From a virus: a DNA stretch of 64,000 nucleotides. The stretch lies in the IMG/VR virus record IMGVR_UViG_3300032050_010539; one strand, written 5' to 3'. The position numbers and the translations under genes are program-made. The notes beneath the pieces are model-generated. The model saw only the letters and a list, made by a program, of their open reading frames with translations. It ran no database searches and was not told the DNA's origin. This document shows, piece after piece, positions 1 through 9,733 of the stretch (the first letter of the stretch is position 1; every line of letters begins with the position of its first letter).

Positions 1-98
1 GAAACCATTACAGCACCATTAGGAAACAGGGTGCCACTAAATTGATATTCAGTATTGTCAAAGTCTTTAGCGAGAAAAGTGACTTGTTGAATGATCAT
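1..98 (-). CDS. 5' part of hypothetical protein (runs off window); duplicate of the 745..1035 gene
   Basis: nt 1-127 are identical to 938-1064; ATG of MIIQQVTF at 98. Confidence 0.7.
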   Translation of the reverse strand, partial: MIIQQVTFLAKDFDNTEYQFSGTLFPNGAVMV

Positions 99-128
99 TG
101 TTTTTACTGCTGATAATTGACTAATTGA

Positions 129-689
129 TTAATTGTCACAGACTACTCGAAAACCACCATTGTTGCCGCAGAAGTCGCGGCGGAAGAAGAAGGTGCGAAT
201 TACGGAACGGCAGTCATAAGGAGTGTCCCACCAGGAACCGCCCCGCAGACAACTGACATCTTCACACCATTCCCAGACGTTGCCACTCATGTCATAGAGT
301 CCCCAAGCATTAGGTAATTTTTGCCCTACAGGATGGGTTGTCTTCTGAGAATTATCACAATACCAAGCGTAATCTCTTAATTGATGATAATTATCTCCAA
401 AATAATAGTTAGTAGTAGTCCCTGCACGACAGGCATATTCCCATTCCACTTCTGTCGGTAAGCGATAAGTTTTGCCGATTATTTCACTCAATTTCTGACA
501 AAAAACTTGGGCATCGTTCCAACTAACAGTTTCTACTGGATTTTGAGGATTACCTTGAAAATAAGATGGATTAACTCCCATTACTACTTCATATTGTTCC
601 TGAGTTACTGGATATTTACCAATTTTAAAACTACTAATTTCTTGATCTTGACTTGATGGTACCTCTACCATTTCAATTTTAATCATCAT
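129..689 (-). CDS. FGE-sulfatase (SUMF1/C-type lectin fold) protein, DGR target type
   Basis: [49 protein letters not shown]...GFRVVC motifs; C-terminal region rich in NNC codons. Confidence 0.92.
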   Translation of the reverse strand: MMIKIEMVEVPSSQDQEISSFKIGKYPVTQEQYEVVMGVNPSYFQGNPQNPVETVSWNDAQVFCQKLSEIIGKTYRLPTEVEWEYACRAGTTTNYYFGDNYHQLRDYAWYCDNSQKTTHPVGQKLPNAWGLYDMSGNVWEWCEDVSCLRGGSWWDTPYDCRSVIRTFFFRRDFCGNNGGFRVVCDN

Positions 690-744
690 TTTTACTCCTA
701 GTTATGTTTTTACTGACTAATAACTAACTGACGCTAAAAGATAA

Positions 745-1035
745 TCAAAGCAACTTAAATCCTTTTTTTGTACCTCTGTCTGATCCAAATTCTCGCACAG
801 CACCTTTTAGGGATTCTCTTACAGAAGCCCTTGACATTCGAGACTTTTTCCCTAGTTCCCAATTGATTACACTTGCATTTCCACAAGCGTCAACACTTTC
901 AAGACTCTCAAACCAACCGTCGTTGGTATGGGCGTAAGAAACCATTACAGCACCATTAGGAAACAGGGTGCCACTAAATTGATATTCAGTATTGTCAAAG
1001 TCTTTAGCGAGAAAAGTGACTTGTTGAATGATCAT
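745..1035 (-). CDS. hypothetical protein with GTLFPNGAVMVSY motif
   Basis: ORF 745..1068; likely start MIIQQ at 1035; duplicated at window start. Confidence 0.7.
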   Translation of the reverse strand: MIIQQVTFLAKDFDNTEYQFSGTLFPNGAVMVSYAHTNDGWFESLESVDACGNASVINWELGKKSRMSRASVRESLKGAVREFGSDRGTKKGFKLL

Positions 1036-1057
1036 TGTTTTTACTGCTGATAATTGA

Positions 1058-2116
1058 CTAATTGTCACAGACTACCCGAAAACCGTAATCGCTGATGCGT
1101 TCGTAGAGGCTGTAGTTATCGTAGTAGCAGTAAGTGGAACGGCAGAGATCAGGATTGCTGTACCAAGAACCGCCCCGATTCACGCCGTCTTCGCACCACT
1201 CCCAGACATTGCCACTCATATCATACAGTCCCCAAGCATTGGGCTTTTTCTGGCCCACAGGATGAGTTGTCTGCTGAGAATTGTCGTAATACCAAGCGTA
1301 ATCTCCTAACTGATTAGCATCATCACCAAAATAATAGCGAGTGGTTGTCCCTGCACGACAAGCATATTCCCACTCCGCTTCCGTTGGTAGACGATAGGTT
1401 TTGCCAGTTATTTGACTTAATTTCTGACAAAAGGCTTGAGCGTCATCCCAACTAACCTTTTCTACCGGATTTTGTGGATTATTTTTAAACCGAGAGGGAT
1501 TGGTTTCCATTACTGTTTCATATTGCGCCTGAGTAATTGGATATTTCCCAATCGCAAAACTACTGATTTTTTGATCCTGACTTGATGGTATTTTTACCAT
1601 TTCAATTTTAATCATCACTTTTACTCCTAACTCTAATTGATTTTTTAGTCGCTTATTTTCCTGTTGCAGTAGCCAAACTGAGGATTCTAAATCGTGAACC
1701 TTTTGTTTTAAGTTGTCAATCCATGCTTCGTTGTATTCTTTGCTCTGTTCTAATTCTTGATTTTTTTTCTCCAGAATTTCATTTTTTGTTTCTAGTTCCT
1801 CAACTAATTTGCTTAAGTTGTCAGAGTTTTGATCTTCTGGCGTGTACTTGCAATAATCTAAATAGTCCCATAGGTCATAAGGAGAACTAAGAAGCTCCCG
1901 AACTTCTTCAATAAAATCTTCTAGAGCGTCAAAAAGCTTTTGAGTGTCATAATCTGCTAAGTAAACACCTTGTTTTTTGACAGTGAGGTAATCACCGTTA
2001 TCAGTCACTGATAATATCACGTGGCCTCCCTCAAAATATCTTTGGTTAATTTTATTGAGATTGTTTTCGATACGCTTGATAAGCGCCGTTCTTTCGTAAA
2101 AATTAATAGAAGTCAT
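1058..2116 (-). CDS. N-terminal domain + coiled coil + FGE-sulfatase/C-lectin domain, DGR target type
   Basis: heptad-rich residues ~100-165; [38 protein letters not shown]; RBS GAGG upstream. Confidence 0.9.
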   Translation of the reverse strand: MTSINFYERTALIKRIENNLNKINQRYFEGGHVILSVTDNGDYLTVKKQGVYLADYDTQKLFDALEDFIEEVRELLSSPYDLWDYLDYCKYTPEDQNSDNLSKLVEELETKNEILEKKNQELEQSKEYNEAWIDNLKQKVHDLESSVWLLQQENKRLKNQLELGVKVMIKIEMVKIPSSQDQKISSFAIGKYPITQAQYETVMETNPSRFKNNPQNPVEKVSWDDAQAFCQKLSQITGKTYRLPTEAEWEYACRAGTTTRYYFGDDANQLGDYAWYYDNSQQTTHPVGQKKPNAWGLYDMSGNVWEWCEDGVNRGGSWYSNPDLCRSTYCYYDNYSLYERISDYGFRVVCDN

Positions 2117-2182
2117 GTTTTGTTACCTCTTGTGTGTTTGTTTACTTGATCCTGTCTTACGATATTCTCCCAGAAATATCAA

Positions 2183-2383
2183 CTATTTGAGAGAATTATT
2201 TCTGTTAATCCCTTGCTTTTTGATTATCTTAGGATGCTTATCACAGATTAAAGCTATTCTTGTCAGCGGTATGCCTGATAGAGAGTAATCTTGTAACTTA
2301 ACAAGATTTAAGACAGAAGATTTTAAAGTTTTAAAATCTTCTGTTCTAAGAGAGATAATTAAGATCATAAGGTTACAAATCAC
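2183..2383 (-). CDS. hypothetical protein
   Basis: 66-aa ORF with a 4-nt overlap onto the previous stop. Confidence 0.5.
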   Translation of the reverse strand: MICNLMILIISLRTEDFKTLKSSVLNLVKLQDYSLSGIPLTRIALICDKHPKIIKKQGINRNNSLK

Positions 2384-3142
2384 TCTTGAGGTAAATAGAA
2401 AAATCCTTTAATTGCTGGAAGACAATTAAAACTAACAGGCAAAAAAACAACTTTTATACCATCGCAATACCAGCCATCATCATGTAAAAAAGTAAATCTT
2501 TTATCAAGATTAGCACCTTTGGTATAAATACACTTACTTTTGATGTACTCAAGTACATCTTGCGCTTTTTTTATGCAGTCATCAAAAGCTTTTTCTATTT
2601 GATGTGGTTGATATGGTCCGATAATAATTTCTTGACTATCGACCCGGCAACATTCAGCGTAAAACTCCCCTAAGATACCGCTAAGACTAGGATGCAAGTA
2701 GATCGTTTCTTCATTTCTAGTAGCTGTAGCAGGAACGACAGCGACAACAGAATCCGTCCAGGCATCTTTTAAATAACAGCAAGAATCAAACTTAATATTA
2801 TCTGTATCGACAAAACCTTGTTTGTTTAATGCCCATTTTACAGTTTCTTCACAGGGATTACCGTCTTCCCCGATAAACGGAGGTTTTGCGTTCCACATAT
2901 TAACCAAAGATACCGTTTTTGCGCCCAATCTTTTGTATATGTTCATAATCTTTGTTAATGCTAGTGTTAACATAAAACGGGAATAATTTCCCGTTTTGAC
3001 TTAATTGCTTGTTACCAAATGCTGTAAAAGTGATAGCCACCTTTATAACCTCTACGCTGAAATGGGCGTTATTGTTTTTGTAAACATTGCATATCTCTTT
3101 CGTTGTCGGCAACTCTAGAGACAAATCAACTAAAGCCGTCAC
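2380..3142 (-). pseudogene. possibly split hypothetical gene (overlapping ORFs 2900..3142 and 2380..2973)
   Basis: two same-strand ORFs overlap by 74 nt; the upstream frame continues without a start codon to ~3200. Confidence 0.35.
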
Positions 3143-3358
3143 GCTGTAGAGTGTGTCGTGGATGCCACAAGATAAACCTTCCGCAGGAATTATAACTAGC
3201 TATGAAACATAGATAGTGATGTAATCTAGAACGTCAGCCATATTATGACTGTGTTTTGTGTGAATAGCCTTTGCTATAAAACTAGCCACGCATAGTTTTA
3301 GTTAGTGCATGCCTGCCTAGTGCCTGCCTAATCCTGTATGTGTAAATTATAATCAACG

Positions 3359-3835
3359 ATGTCTCTCATGAGCCCACCAATTACTCTAGTAATCCCGGAT
3401 TCGGGTCAGACCAGTTTAATAATAACGGATACGCCCAGCGACCTCATCACCATAGGTGGAGGTAATCTATCAGAGGCTGCCAGTGCTATTGGTATACGCG
3501 ACAAGATAGGTAGTCTTCAGGGAGAACAGCGTCTAAGTGCGTTAGTGCTTAAAGATATTCCTCCTGGATTTCCTGGCCCGCCTGGTCCGCCTCTATTAAT
3601 TAAAGGTAATCTTAATTCTATAGGCGATCTGCCTACTAACCCCTCTATAGGACATGGTTATTTAATTCAAGGTATTCTTTACACTTGGTCGGGTATAGCG
3701 TGGATTAATGGCGGACAACTGCAAGGCCCTATTGGGCTATCCGCTTATCAAGTAGCCCTGGACAATAGTTTTATTGGCACGGAGCAAGAATGGCTCGATA
3801 GCCTAAAACAACAATGGATTGTTACAGACTGGTAA
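3359..3835 (+). CDS. collagen-repeat tail fibre/virion accessory protein
   Basis: PPGFPGPPGPP repeat; GxSAYQVAL...GTEQEWLDSLK motif typical of phage fibre proteins. Confidence 0.7.
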   Translation: MSLMSPPITLVIPDSGQTSLIITDTPSDLITIGGGNLSEAASAIGIRDKIGSLQGEQRLSALVLKDIPPGFPGPPGPPLLIKGNLNSIGDLPTNPSIGHGYLIQGILYTWSGIAWINGGQLQGPIGLSAYQVALDNSFIGTEQEWLDSLKQQWIVTDW

Positions 3836-3839
3836 AAAT

Positions 3840-4418
3840 ATGAGTACAACTTTTAAGCCCTCTAAATTAACTGCAGTCCCATCGCTACCCTGCGAGGGTA
3901 ACGCTGTGTTTTTTGTTGCGCCTCAGGGCAAACCGAACTATATTGAAATATATGTAAGCAATACTTCTGGGACTGCTCTAAAGCGACTACTGACAGACAC
4001 CGATATTCAGTCTTTAATCGATGCTTCAATTTCTGGATTAGCTGGCGAAATGCCGATTGTAGCTAATATAGCAGCTAGAAATGCCCTATCTCCAACTGAG
4101 AATACTCAGGTTCTGGTACTAGACGCAACTGGCGATGCCACTGTGGCAAGCGGCGCAGCCACTTATATCTATCGATTTTCTACAACTTCTTGGATTAAAA
4201 TAAGTGAAGCGGAATCACTCGATCTAATTCTTCAGTGGGCTAATATTCAGGGAAGGCCTATTAGCTCTCCTAGTGCTATCGATACGGCAGTATCTAATAG
4301 CCACGTTCACAATGGGAATTTGAGCCAACTTAATAAAATAGGAGAAAATGCTGACGGACTTTTTACCTATAATAATGCCTTGCCTAAGACTGCATGGGAG
4401 GGAACGATTGCATGGTAG
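3840..4418 (+). CDS. virion/tail-fibre associated protein
   Basis: IVANIAARNAL...VLDATGDATVASGAATYIY and LQWANIQGRP..SHVHN motifs common in phage fibre modules. Confidence 0.65.
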   Translation: MSTTFKPSKLTAVPSLPCEGNAVFFVAPQGKPNYIEIYVSNTSGTALKRLLTDTDIQSLIDASISGLAGEMPIVANIAARNALSPTENTQVLVLDATGDATVASGAATYIYRFSTTSWIKISEAESLDLILQWANIQGRPISSPSAIDTAVSNSHVHNGNLSQLNKIGENADGLFTYNNALPKTAWEGTIAW

Positions 4419-4633
4419 TTTTTCACTCTGAAAAAGTATTAGGAGGCCTCCCCCTTACTTTAACGCCTAATGCCGTTTATTTTGTCAGAGTAGGGAGTGG
4501 AATCATGATTTATGTCGCCGATGCTACGGGAAGCGTGGCTTATCCTATAAATCAGGAGGGTGGGGGCGGCAGCGGCTCTGAAATTACCTCTCTGGCTACT
4601 TACGAGTACCTCCTAGCTATAGGATTAGGATAA
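4412..4633 (+). CDS. small fibre-module protein
   Basis: LPLTLTPNAVYFVRVG resembles the N-terminus of the preceding gene. Confidence 0.55.
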   Translation: MVVFHSEKVLGGLPLTLTPNAVYFVRVGSGIMIYVADATGSVAYPINQEGGGGSGSEITSLATYEYLLAIGLG

Positions 4634-4636
4634 TAA

Positions 4637-4963
4637 ATGGCACTAAATAACGCTACTTTTTCAGGACTGACGACATCCTTTCAGGATGTGTACGTCCCTC
4701 CTAGCGGCGTATCAGTCGTATCTGTCTTCTCAATTCTTTGTTGTAATAGGGCGTCGACGGCAACCGACTTAAATCTGGTTTTAACTAATAGCGAAAACGT
4801 GACTTTGTGCTTCATTAGCTTTACGATACCTATCCCAGTTGGGTCCAGTTTTGTTCCTATTTCTAGCCCTATTATCATCAAGCCGAATCAGAAGTTAAGG
4901 GCTTCAGCTTCTGCCCCTAATGTAATAGATATGTTAATAGGTTGTTCGGAGTTTATGCCATGA
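4637..4963 (+). CDS. small beta-rich virion/fibre-module protein
   Basis: YVPPSG..SILCCN..IPVGSSF..IIIKPNQKLRA pattern of small phage beta-sandwich proteins. Confidence 0.6.
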   Translation: MALNNATFSGLTTSFQDVYVPPSGVSVVSVFSILCCNRASTATDLNLVLTNSENVTLCFISFTIPIPVGSSFVPISSPIIIKPNQKLRASASAPNVIDMLIGCSEFMP

Positions 4964-5709
4964 CACGTGAAGGTGGCTTCATGGGCTCTCAACCCCTTTG
5001 GGATGGAGCCAATAGACCGGGGAATTGGAGTGTTCTTGACGTTTACAATCGACAAAGACGGAATCTTTGGATTCAATCCAGTGATCCTTTTATTAATAAT
5101 GTTGTTTGCGATCTTAGGTTTGAGGGACTAAATAATGGAACCGTGTTTGCTGACAGTGGTCCACTGTTACTACCAGTTTCGCGACTGGGAACCACGGGTG
5201 TAGTAACGAGTACCACTCAATCTAAATATGGGTCTGCTTCTGGCTTATTTCCTGGCACAAACGGGTATTTAAGTGTCACCCATCCCAACCTAGCATTGGG
5301 AACTGGGAATTTTACTATTGAGATGTGGTTATTTGCCGCTACATCTCGCTCTAATAATGGAATTATATCGCTTGGGACAAGTGATAGCATTTTTACTGTT
5401 ATTTTATCTGCTATTAGTAATTACTTAAGAGTGGCGGGTAGTTCCAATATAGCTTCAGTCCCCCTTAATAGTTGGTTCCACCTTGCTTATGTTCGCGAGG
5501 GTACTGGAACTAGTCAAGCAAAATTATATTTAAATGGAACCTTAATCAATCAAGCCATTAATAGCACTAACTATCTTCAAACCTTTTATAATATTGGAGT
5601 ATATTCATCCAGTCTTTGCTGGGGCGGCAATATCGACAATTTTAGAGTGACTAAAGTTGCTAGGTATCTAACAAACTTTAATCCTGAAACCGACACTTAT
5701 ATGGAGTAA
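4960..5709 (+). CDS. LamG/concanavalin-A-like lectin domain receptor-binding (tail fibre) protein
   Basis: QSKYGSASG, GTGNFTIEMW, WFHLAYVR, LYLNG, GNIDNFRVTKVARY. Confidence 0.85.
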   Translation: MTREGGFMGSQPLWDGANRPGNWSVLDVYNRQRRNLWIQSSDPFINNVVCDLRFEGLNNGTVFADSGPLLLPVSRLGTTGVVTSTTQSKYGSASGLFPGTNGYLSVTHPNLALGTGNFTIEMWLFAATSRSNNGIISLGTSDSIFTVILSAISNYLRVAGSSNIASVPLNSWFHLAYVREGTGTSQAKLYLNGTLINQAINSTNYLQTFYNIGVYSSSLCWGGNIDNFRVTKVARYLTNFNPETDTYME

Positions 5710-5711
5710 TT

Positions 5712-6197
5712 ATGATTCTTTATTCTTTACGAGGGCAATACCCTCAACAACTACCAGATAGAATTATTCTCAGTAACGGGTTCACTCGTACTGGGGGAAA
5801 TTACACCGCTGAAGAGATAGCCGATGCTGGCTACCTTCCAGTTGAAGTGCCAGACTATGATCCAACTATCTATCAATTGGGCTGGAATGGGGCCGAGTTT
5901 GTATTAGAACTAATCCCTCCTTCCCTTCCTATTCCTGATTGGGTAGAATTTGCCCGGCTAATGTTAGTAGATGTCGAGTTCAACCAATTCTATCAACAAT
6001 TGGTTCCTTTAAATCCACTACTTGCAGGGAGTCTACAAGTAGCTCTATCTCAAGCAAGTCTGGGACGGCCAGAATCTTTTGCAATGGTTTGGGGCCTGGT
6101 CGCTCCTAACATCGCGCTGGAGCATAAAAGTCAATGGGCTGGGTATGCTCAGATCTGTAATCTACCTAGTGACTTTATTGCTATTCTACTCTCTTAA
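5712..6197 (+). CDS. putative tail-fibre assembly chaperone
   Basis: follows the fibre gene; LPDRI.LSNGFTRT..YTAEEIADAGY..VEVPDYDP..QLGW pattern. Confidence 0.6.
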   Translation: MILYSLRGQYPQQLPDRIILSNGFTRTGGNYTAEEIADAGYLPVEVPDYDPTIYQLGWNGAEFVLELIPPSLPIPDWVEFARLMLVDVEFNQFYQQLVPLNPLLAGSLQVALSQASLGRPESFAMVWGLVAPNIALEHKSQWAGYAQICNLPSDFIAILLS

Positions 6198-6286
6198 GAG
6201 AGTGGTAAAATCTTGCCACTGATTAATTGACTTAGCGTATGGTCCCTCTCTTGAGTATCAGCGAATTATTCTAGAGAGGGATTATA

Positions 6287-6436
6287 TTATTTATTTTTTC
6301 GAGTATTGACAAAATCTTCAAGAGCTTCAATAAACCCATCAAAAAAACTAATTGTATAAACCATAATAAAAGCAACAATTAGTACAAGTATTGTGAGTAC
6401 TACAATAGATAAAATAACATTAAGAATGATGTTCAT
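6287..6436 (-). CDS. small membrane protein (49 aa, MNIILNVILSIVVLTILVLIVAF...)
   Basis: translated by hand; one long hydrophobic segment. Confidence 0.5.
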   Translation of the reverse strand: MNIILNVILSIVVLTILVLIVAFIMVYTISFFDGFIEALEDFVNTRKNK

Positions 6437-6616
6437 AATTAATCAGCGCAACTAGGGTGGTTATTTTTAAAGTTGTCCTTTTTTTAAAAGAACAGTACAT
6501 TTGTATGGCGCTGTCTTGATTTTCTTTAGTTTGTAGTAAAGAAAATAATAGATGCTCACTATTGTAGTTAAAACTAATTTAAATTTGATAGAATATAGTA
6601 AAGCCAAGAGGTAATT

Positions 6617-6769
6617 ATGTCGCTAAAAGCTTATGTTGTTTCTGATTCTAATGGCAGTGTCGTAGTCGCCAATATGACTGAAGTGGAGAGAATTAAAGCT
6701 TTAGAAGATGAAGTGTATGAGTTAAAGTCTCATATTAAATTATTAACTGATGAGCTTGATAAAGCATAA
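6617..6769 (+). CDS. small coiled-coil protein (50 aa)
   Basis: RBS GAGG + ATG; IKALEDEVYELKSHIKLLTDELDK heptads. Confidence 0.55.
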   Translation: MSLKAYVVSDSNGSVVVANMTEVERIKALEDEVYELKSHIKLLTDELDKA

Positions 6770-6827
6770 AGAGAAGCGTACACTGGATTAGGAGACTAGT
6801 AGCGCATTGATACTAACAGCGATATAC

Positions 6828-7209
6828 TAATAGCACACAAGTTAGCTTGTGTGCTATTATAATTATTTGTAGATTATTAATTGATTTAATCTTTGGAGAT
6901 TATTTGTGCTCAGAGAAAAACTTGCAGAATATGCCCACGAAGCTTGGTCAAGGTAGATGCGCTATCTCTTTTCAAAATCTATAGTAAATAGTGACGGCTC
7001 TGTAACGATACCTGCATCACTGGTAAAGAGGTGGGCCAGACAGATGAATACTAATTATCACATGCTTCCAAACAGTGAGCAGCAGAGTGATATTCTAGAA
7101 GCAGATAAAATGCTTAGTATAATAAATGCCAATCATACAGCCGCATAGAAAGATCGTAGAGTAACTATTTGTTTAATTAATAGCGCACAAGTCAATTTGT
7201 GTGCTATTA
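6828..7209. repeat. two copies of a 13-6-13 palindrome (6828-6859, 7178-7209) flanking one gene
   Basis: TAATAGCACACAA-GTTAGC-TTGTGTGCTATTA and TAATAGCGCACAA-GTCAAT-TTGTGTGCTATTA. Confidence 0.85.
6906..7148 (+). pseudogene. conserved small phage protein interrupted by in-frame TAG (6954-6956)
   Basis: GGAG RBS + GTG; reads LREKLAEYAHEAWSR*MRYLFSK...RWARQMNT; the stop sits where a Trp (TGG) is expected. Confidence 0.6.
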
Positions 7210-7253
7210 ATGGTTGTATGCTATTATTAGAATAATTACTTTAGGATTCAAAT

Positions 7254-8195
7254 ATGCCAGCTGCACTACCAGATTTATCTACGGCCATTCTTAAGGAGTA
7301 CCCTAATTGCGCGGGCCCCATACTAGACCAATTAGTTCATTGGGTTGATGAATACCAACTCACCTGGGTACCTGATAGAGACGGTAAAGATGCTTACTTC
7401 TTAATGCCTGAAATAGCGCAAAGACTCAAGATGTCGACTAGCAATGTCAGGAACTTATTTAACCCTATTGTACGCACCTGGGCAGATAGACCTGGCCTAC
7501 CTAAACCACGTTTGATTAAATTAGATGCCTTAGCTATTAAACCATTTCAAAGAGCACTATGTACTTATTACGATGTCAATTACTATAATAATCACTTATG
7601 GGTATGTAATTGGACAGCGGCTTATGGGCGTATAGCCCTCCATAATAATATTAGGTTGGGCCCCGCTCTCTCTCGTGTAGAGGGAACTAAGACAGCACCT
7701 GCACCACAAGCTGCACCTATACGTAACGTAGAGACATTGAGCCCCACCTATAACTCTGAGCTTGAGTTACAGATGGATCTAGTATTATTAGCTAGTTATA
7801 CTACTAACCCTTTCACTAGAGAGTTAACAATAATCAACACACTAGAGAGTCGGGCCCGCACTCGCCGCTTTGACTTATGCCGTTCTAGCAATGGTAAGAC
7901 ACAGGTCATTGAGATTAAGATTAACCCTATTGGCGTAGAGGACGTAGTATCTACTATAGCTGATAAGGGTTATATAGAACTAGCCAATAATCATTTTGAT
8001 ACACCAGTTGAGTTCATATTTGTGGGGCCCAGCATTACCCCTCAAGCACAACGTTTATTGCACGAGCCTGTTTCATTTATGACTGTACAAGGGGTGCGCG
8101 ATATGTTATTCCAGGAAGCATTAGATAACACTCCTCCTGAAGGCCACTGGTATATACATAAGTGCAAGGAGATGCTACCTCGCTTATGGAGCTGA
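7254..8195 (+). CDS. putative DNA-binding protein with C-terminal PD-(D/E)XK nuclease domain
   Basis: SELELQ..RRFDL..QVIEIK motif; N-terminal HTH-like MPEIAQRLKMSTSNVR. Confidence 0.6.
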   Translation: MPAALPDLSTAILKEYPNCAGPILDQLVHWVDEYQLTWVPDRDGKDAYFLMPEIAQRLKMSTSNVRNLFNPIVRTWADRPGLPKPRLIKLDALAIKPFQRALCTYYDVNYYNNHLWVCNWTAAYGRIALHNNIRLGPALSRVEGTKTAPAPQAAPIRNVETLSPTYNSELELQMDLVLLASYTTNPFTRELTIINTLESRARTRRFDLCRSSNGKTQVIEIKINPIGVEDVVSTIADKGYIELANNHFDTPVEFIFVGPSITPQAQRLLHEPVSFMTVQGVRDMLFQEALDNTPPEGHWYIHKCKEMLPRLWS

Positions 8196-8341
8196 TTAGC
8201 TATTTATATACCTCCCTGTTAGCGGGGAGGTAATTGATAATAGATGTAGTCTATTAGAGCTGTATGTAGATGAGAGTGAGGCGGGCCCCTTGTGATATAC
8301 TACACTATGCTGATTACGCTACGCTGTATACACGCCTCTGA

Positions 8342-8546
8342 TTAACGTAGTAGTTTATCTGTATATGCCGTTGGCACTATTAGTACCGTAGAGCCATCAG
8401 TATATACTAACTTATGCAACCTGATCATAAACCCATCCTCGTGTTCTGTATACTGTAGCTTCAGTGTGTCGAATAGGTATCTCATCAGCTGGACACTGCG
8501 GGCCCCATTATTGGGCCACATCACCGTATCAATCTCTACGCTGATT
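8342..8546 (-). pseudogene. 5'-truncated paralogue of 9389..9679
   Basis: ISVEID...VPT.YT.KLL shared; homology stops at ~8546 where the AT-rich gene 8550..8933 begins. Confidence 0.6.
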
Positions 8547-8549
8547 AAA

Positions 8550-8933
8550 TTAAGAATCACGATCAAATAATTCTACAGATATATCGCACATACAATAGTC
8601 CTCCTTATGTGTTACGACAATATCTTCAGAATTAGTCAAAGGGTGATCCCACCCTTTGGGAGTGATTACTTGTAAAGCAATATACTCTTCTATTTCATCC
8701 CAATTAACATCTAAAAACAAGTTTTCTTTAGATATTAATTGACGACCACATCCGTGGTGTTTTACTAAATTAATCACTAAGTCGCATAATTTAGTTGCTC
8801 CTTCTGCATTCTCAGCGTAAGATGCAATGGGAACATTTATACGCATCTTATCGTAATAATTATCGGTTTTTTGCCCTTCACTTAGCCAATAAGCTCGCTG
8901 AATATCTGGGCGATCATTGTCGATGCCGTACAT
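8550..8933 (-). CDS. hypothetical protein (AT-rich insert)
   Basis: 127-aa ORF. Confidence 0.65.
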   Translation of the reverse strand: MYGIDNDRPDIQRAYWLSEGQKTDNYYDKMRINVPIASYAENAEGATKLCDLVINLVKHHGCGRQLISKENLFLDVNWDEIEEYIALQVITPKGWDHPLTNSEDIVVTHKEDYCMCDISVELFDRDS

Positions 8934-9018
8934 ATTGATTGCTTTTCCCCTACTTAAGCTTCAGGGTATCCCTAATAAGGATTAGATAAAGCGCACGCGA
9001 CTACGACTATAGTACATA

Positions 9019-9040
9019 GTTTCAATTCCTAATAGGAGTT
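9019..9040 (-). CRISPR. solitary CRISPR-repeat-like unit (type I-D-like 3' half)
   Basis: minus strand AACTCCT-ATT-AGGA-ATTGAAAC: 4-bp stem followed by the canonical ATTGAAAC handle. Confidence 0.5.
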
Positions 9041-9088
9041 CTTTGTGCGATTAACTCTAATATATCCTGCATTCCTAACCCGTGAGAG

Positions 9089-9310
9089 TTAGATTATGCA
9101 ACTATCCCAATTGTCCCAAATCCAATCATCGAATTTTTTATAAAGCCTCGATTCTGATTCTTGATCAGTTGTATCTAGAAAAGAGCATGAGTATTTTTCC
9201 CAAAATCCAAAGTTTTGATCTTTCATAAAACTTAATGCTTGTTTAAAAGCTTCTTCTTTAGTTTTATGCTTCGAGATGAATTTGTTGTTCCAAAAAAACT
9301 GAATTGTCAT
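9089..9310 (-). CDS. hypothetical protein
   Basis: 73-aa ORF with AGGAG RBS. Confidence 0.65.
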   Translation of the reverse strand: MTIQFFWNNKFISKHKTKEEAFKQALSFMKDQNFGFWEKYSCSFLDTTDQESESRLYKKFDDWIWDNWDSCII

Positions 9311-9388
9311 GATTTCTCCTGTTTTTCTTCTACTTAAGCTTTAGGGTATCTCTAATAGGGGGGCCCCTCGTGATATACTACGCCCTAA

Positions 9389-9679
9389 TTACTGTAGTAG
9401 TTTATTCGTATACTTTGTTGGCACTATTAGTGTTGTGGGGCCATTGGTAAACGTTAACTTATGTACTTTGATGTCAAATCCATTATCGTGTTCTGTATAT
9501 TGTAGCTTCAGACCTTTAAACAGGCGTCTCATCCGCTGAATACTGCGGGCCTCATTATTAGGCCACGTTACTATATCAATCTCTACGCTGATGATGTGCT
9601 TCGTGAAGCACGCGTACCTATTAATGTTGATATGCTCGTCTGGCGATGGATATAAAACGTAAGAGGTTAATACTTTCAT
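9389..9679 (-). CDS. hypothetical protein
   Basis: 96-aa ORF, AAGGAG RBS, paralogue at 8342. Confidence 0.7.
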   Translation of the reverse strand: MKVLTSYVLYPSPDEHININRYACFTKHIISVEIDIVTWPNNEARSIQRMRRLFKGLKLQYTEHDNGFDIKVHKLTFTNGPTTLIVPTKYTNKLLQ

Positions 9680-9733
9680 AGCTCTCCTTAGTATTATGGT
9701 ATTCCTAATAGGGGGGCCTATATTAGTTCTGAA

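Noticed and set aside
6954-6956. Genome-wide TAG reassignment
   Set aside because: Core genes are full length in the standard code, TAG ends normal genes (e.g. portal, protease), and no suppressor tRNA is present; a single nonsense mutation is simpler
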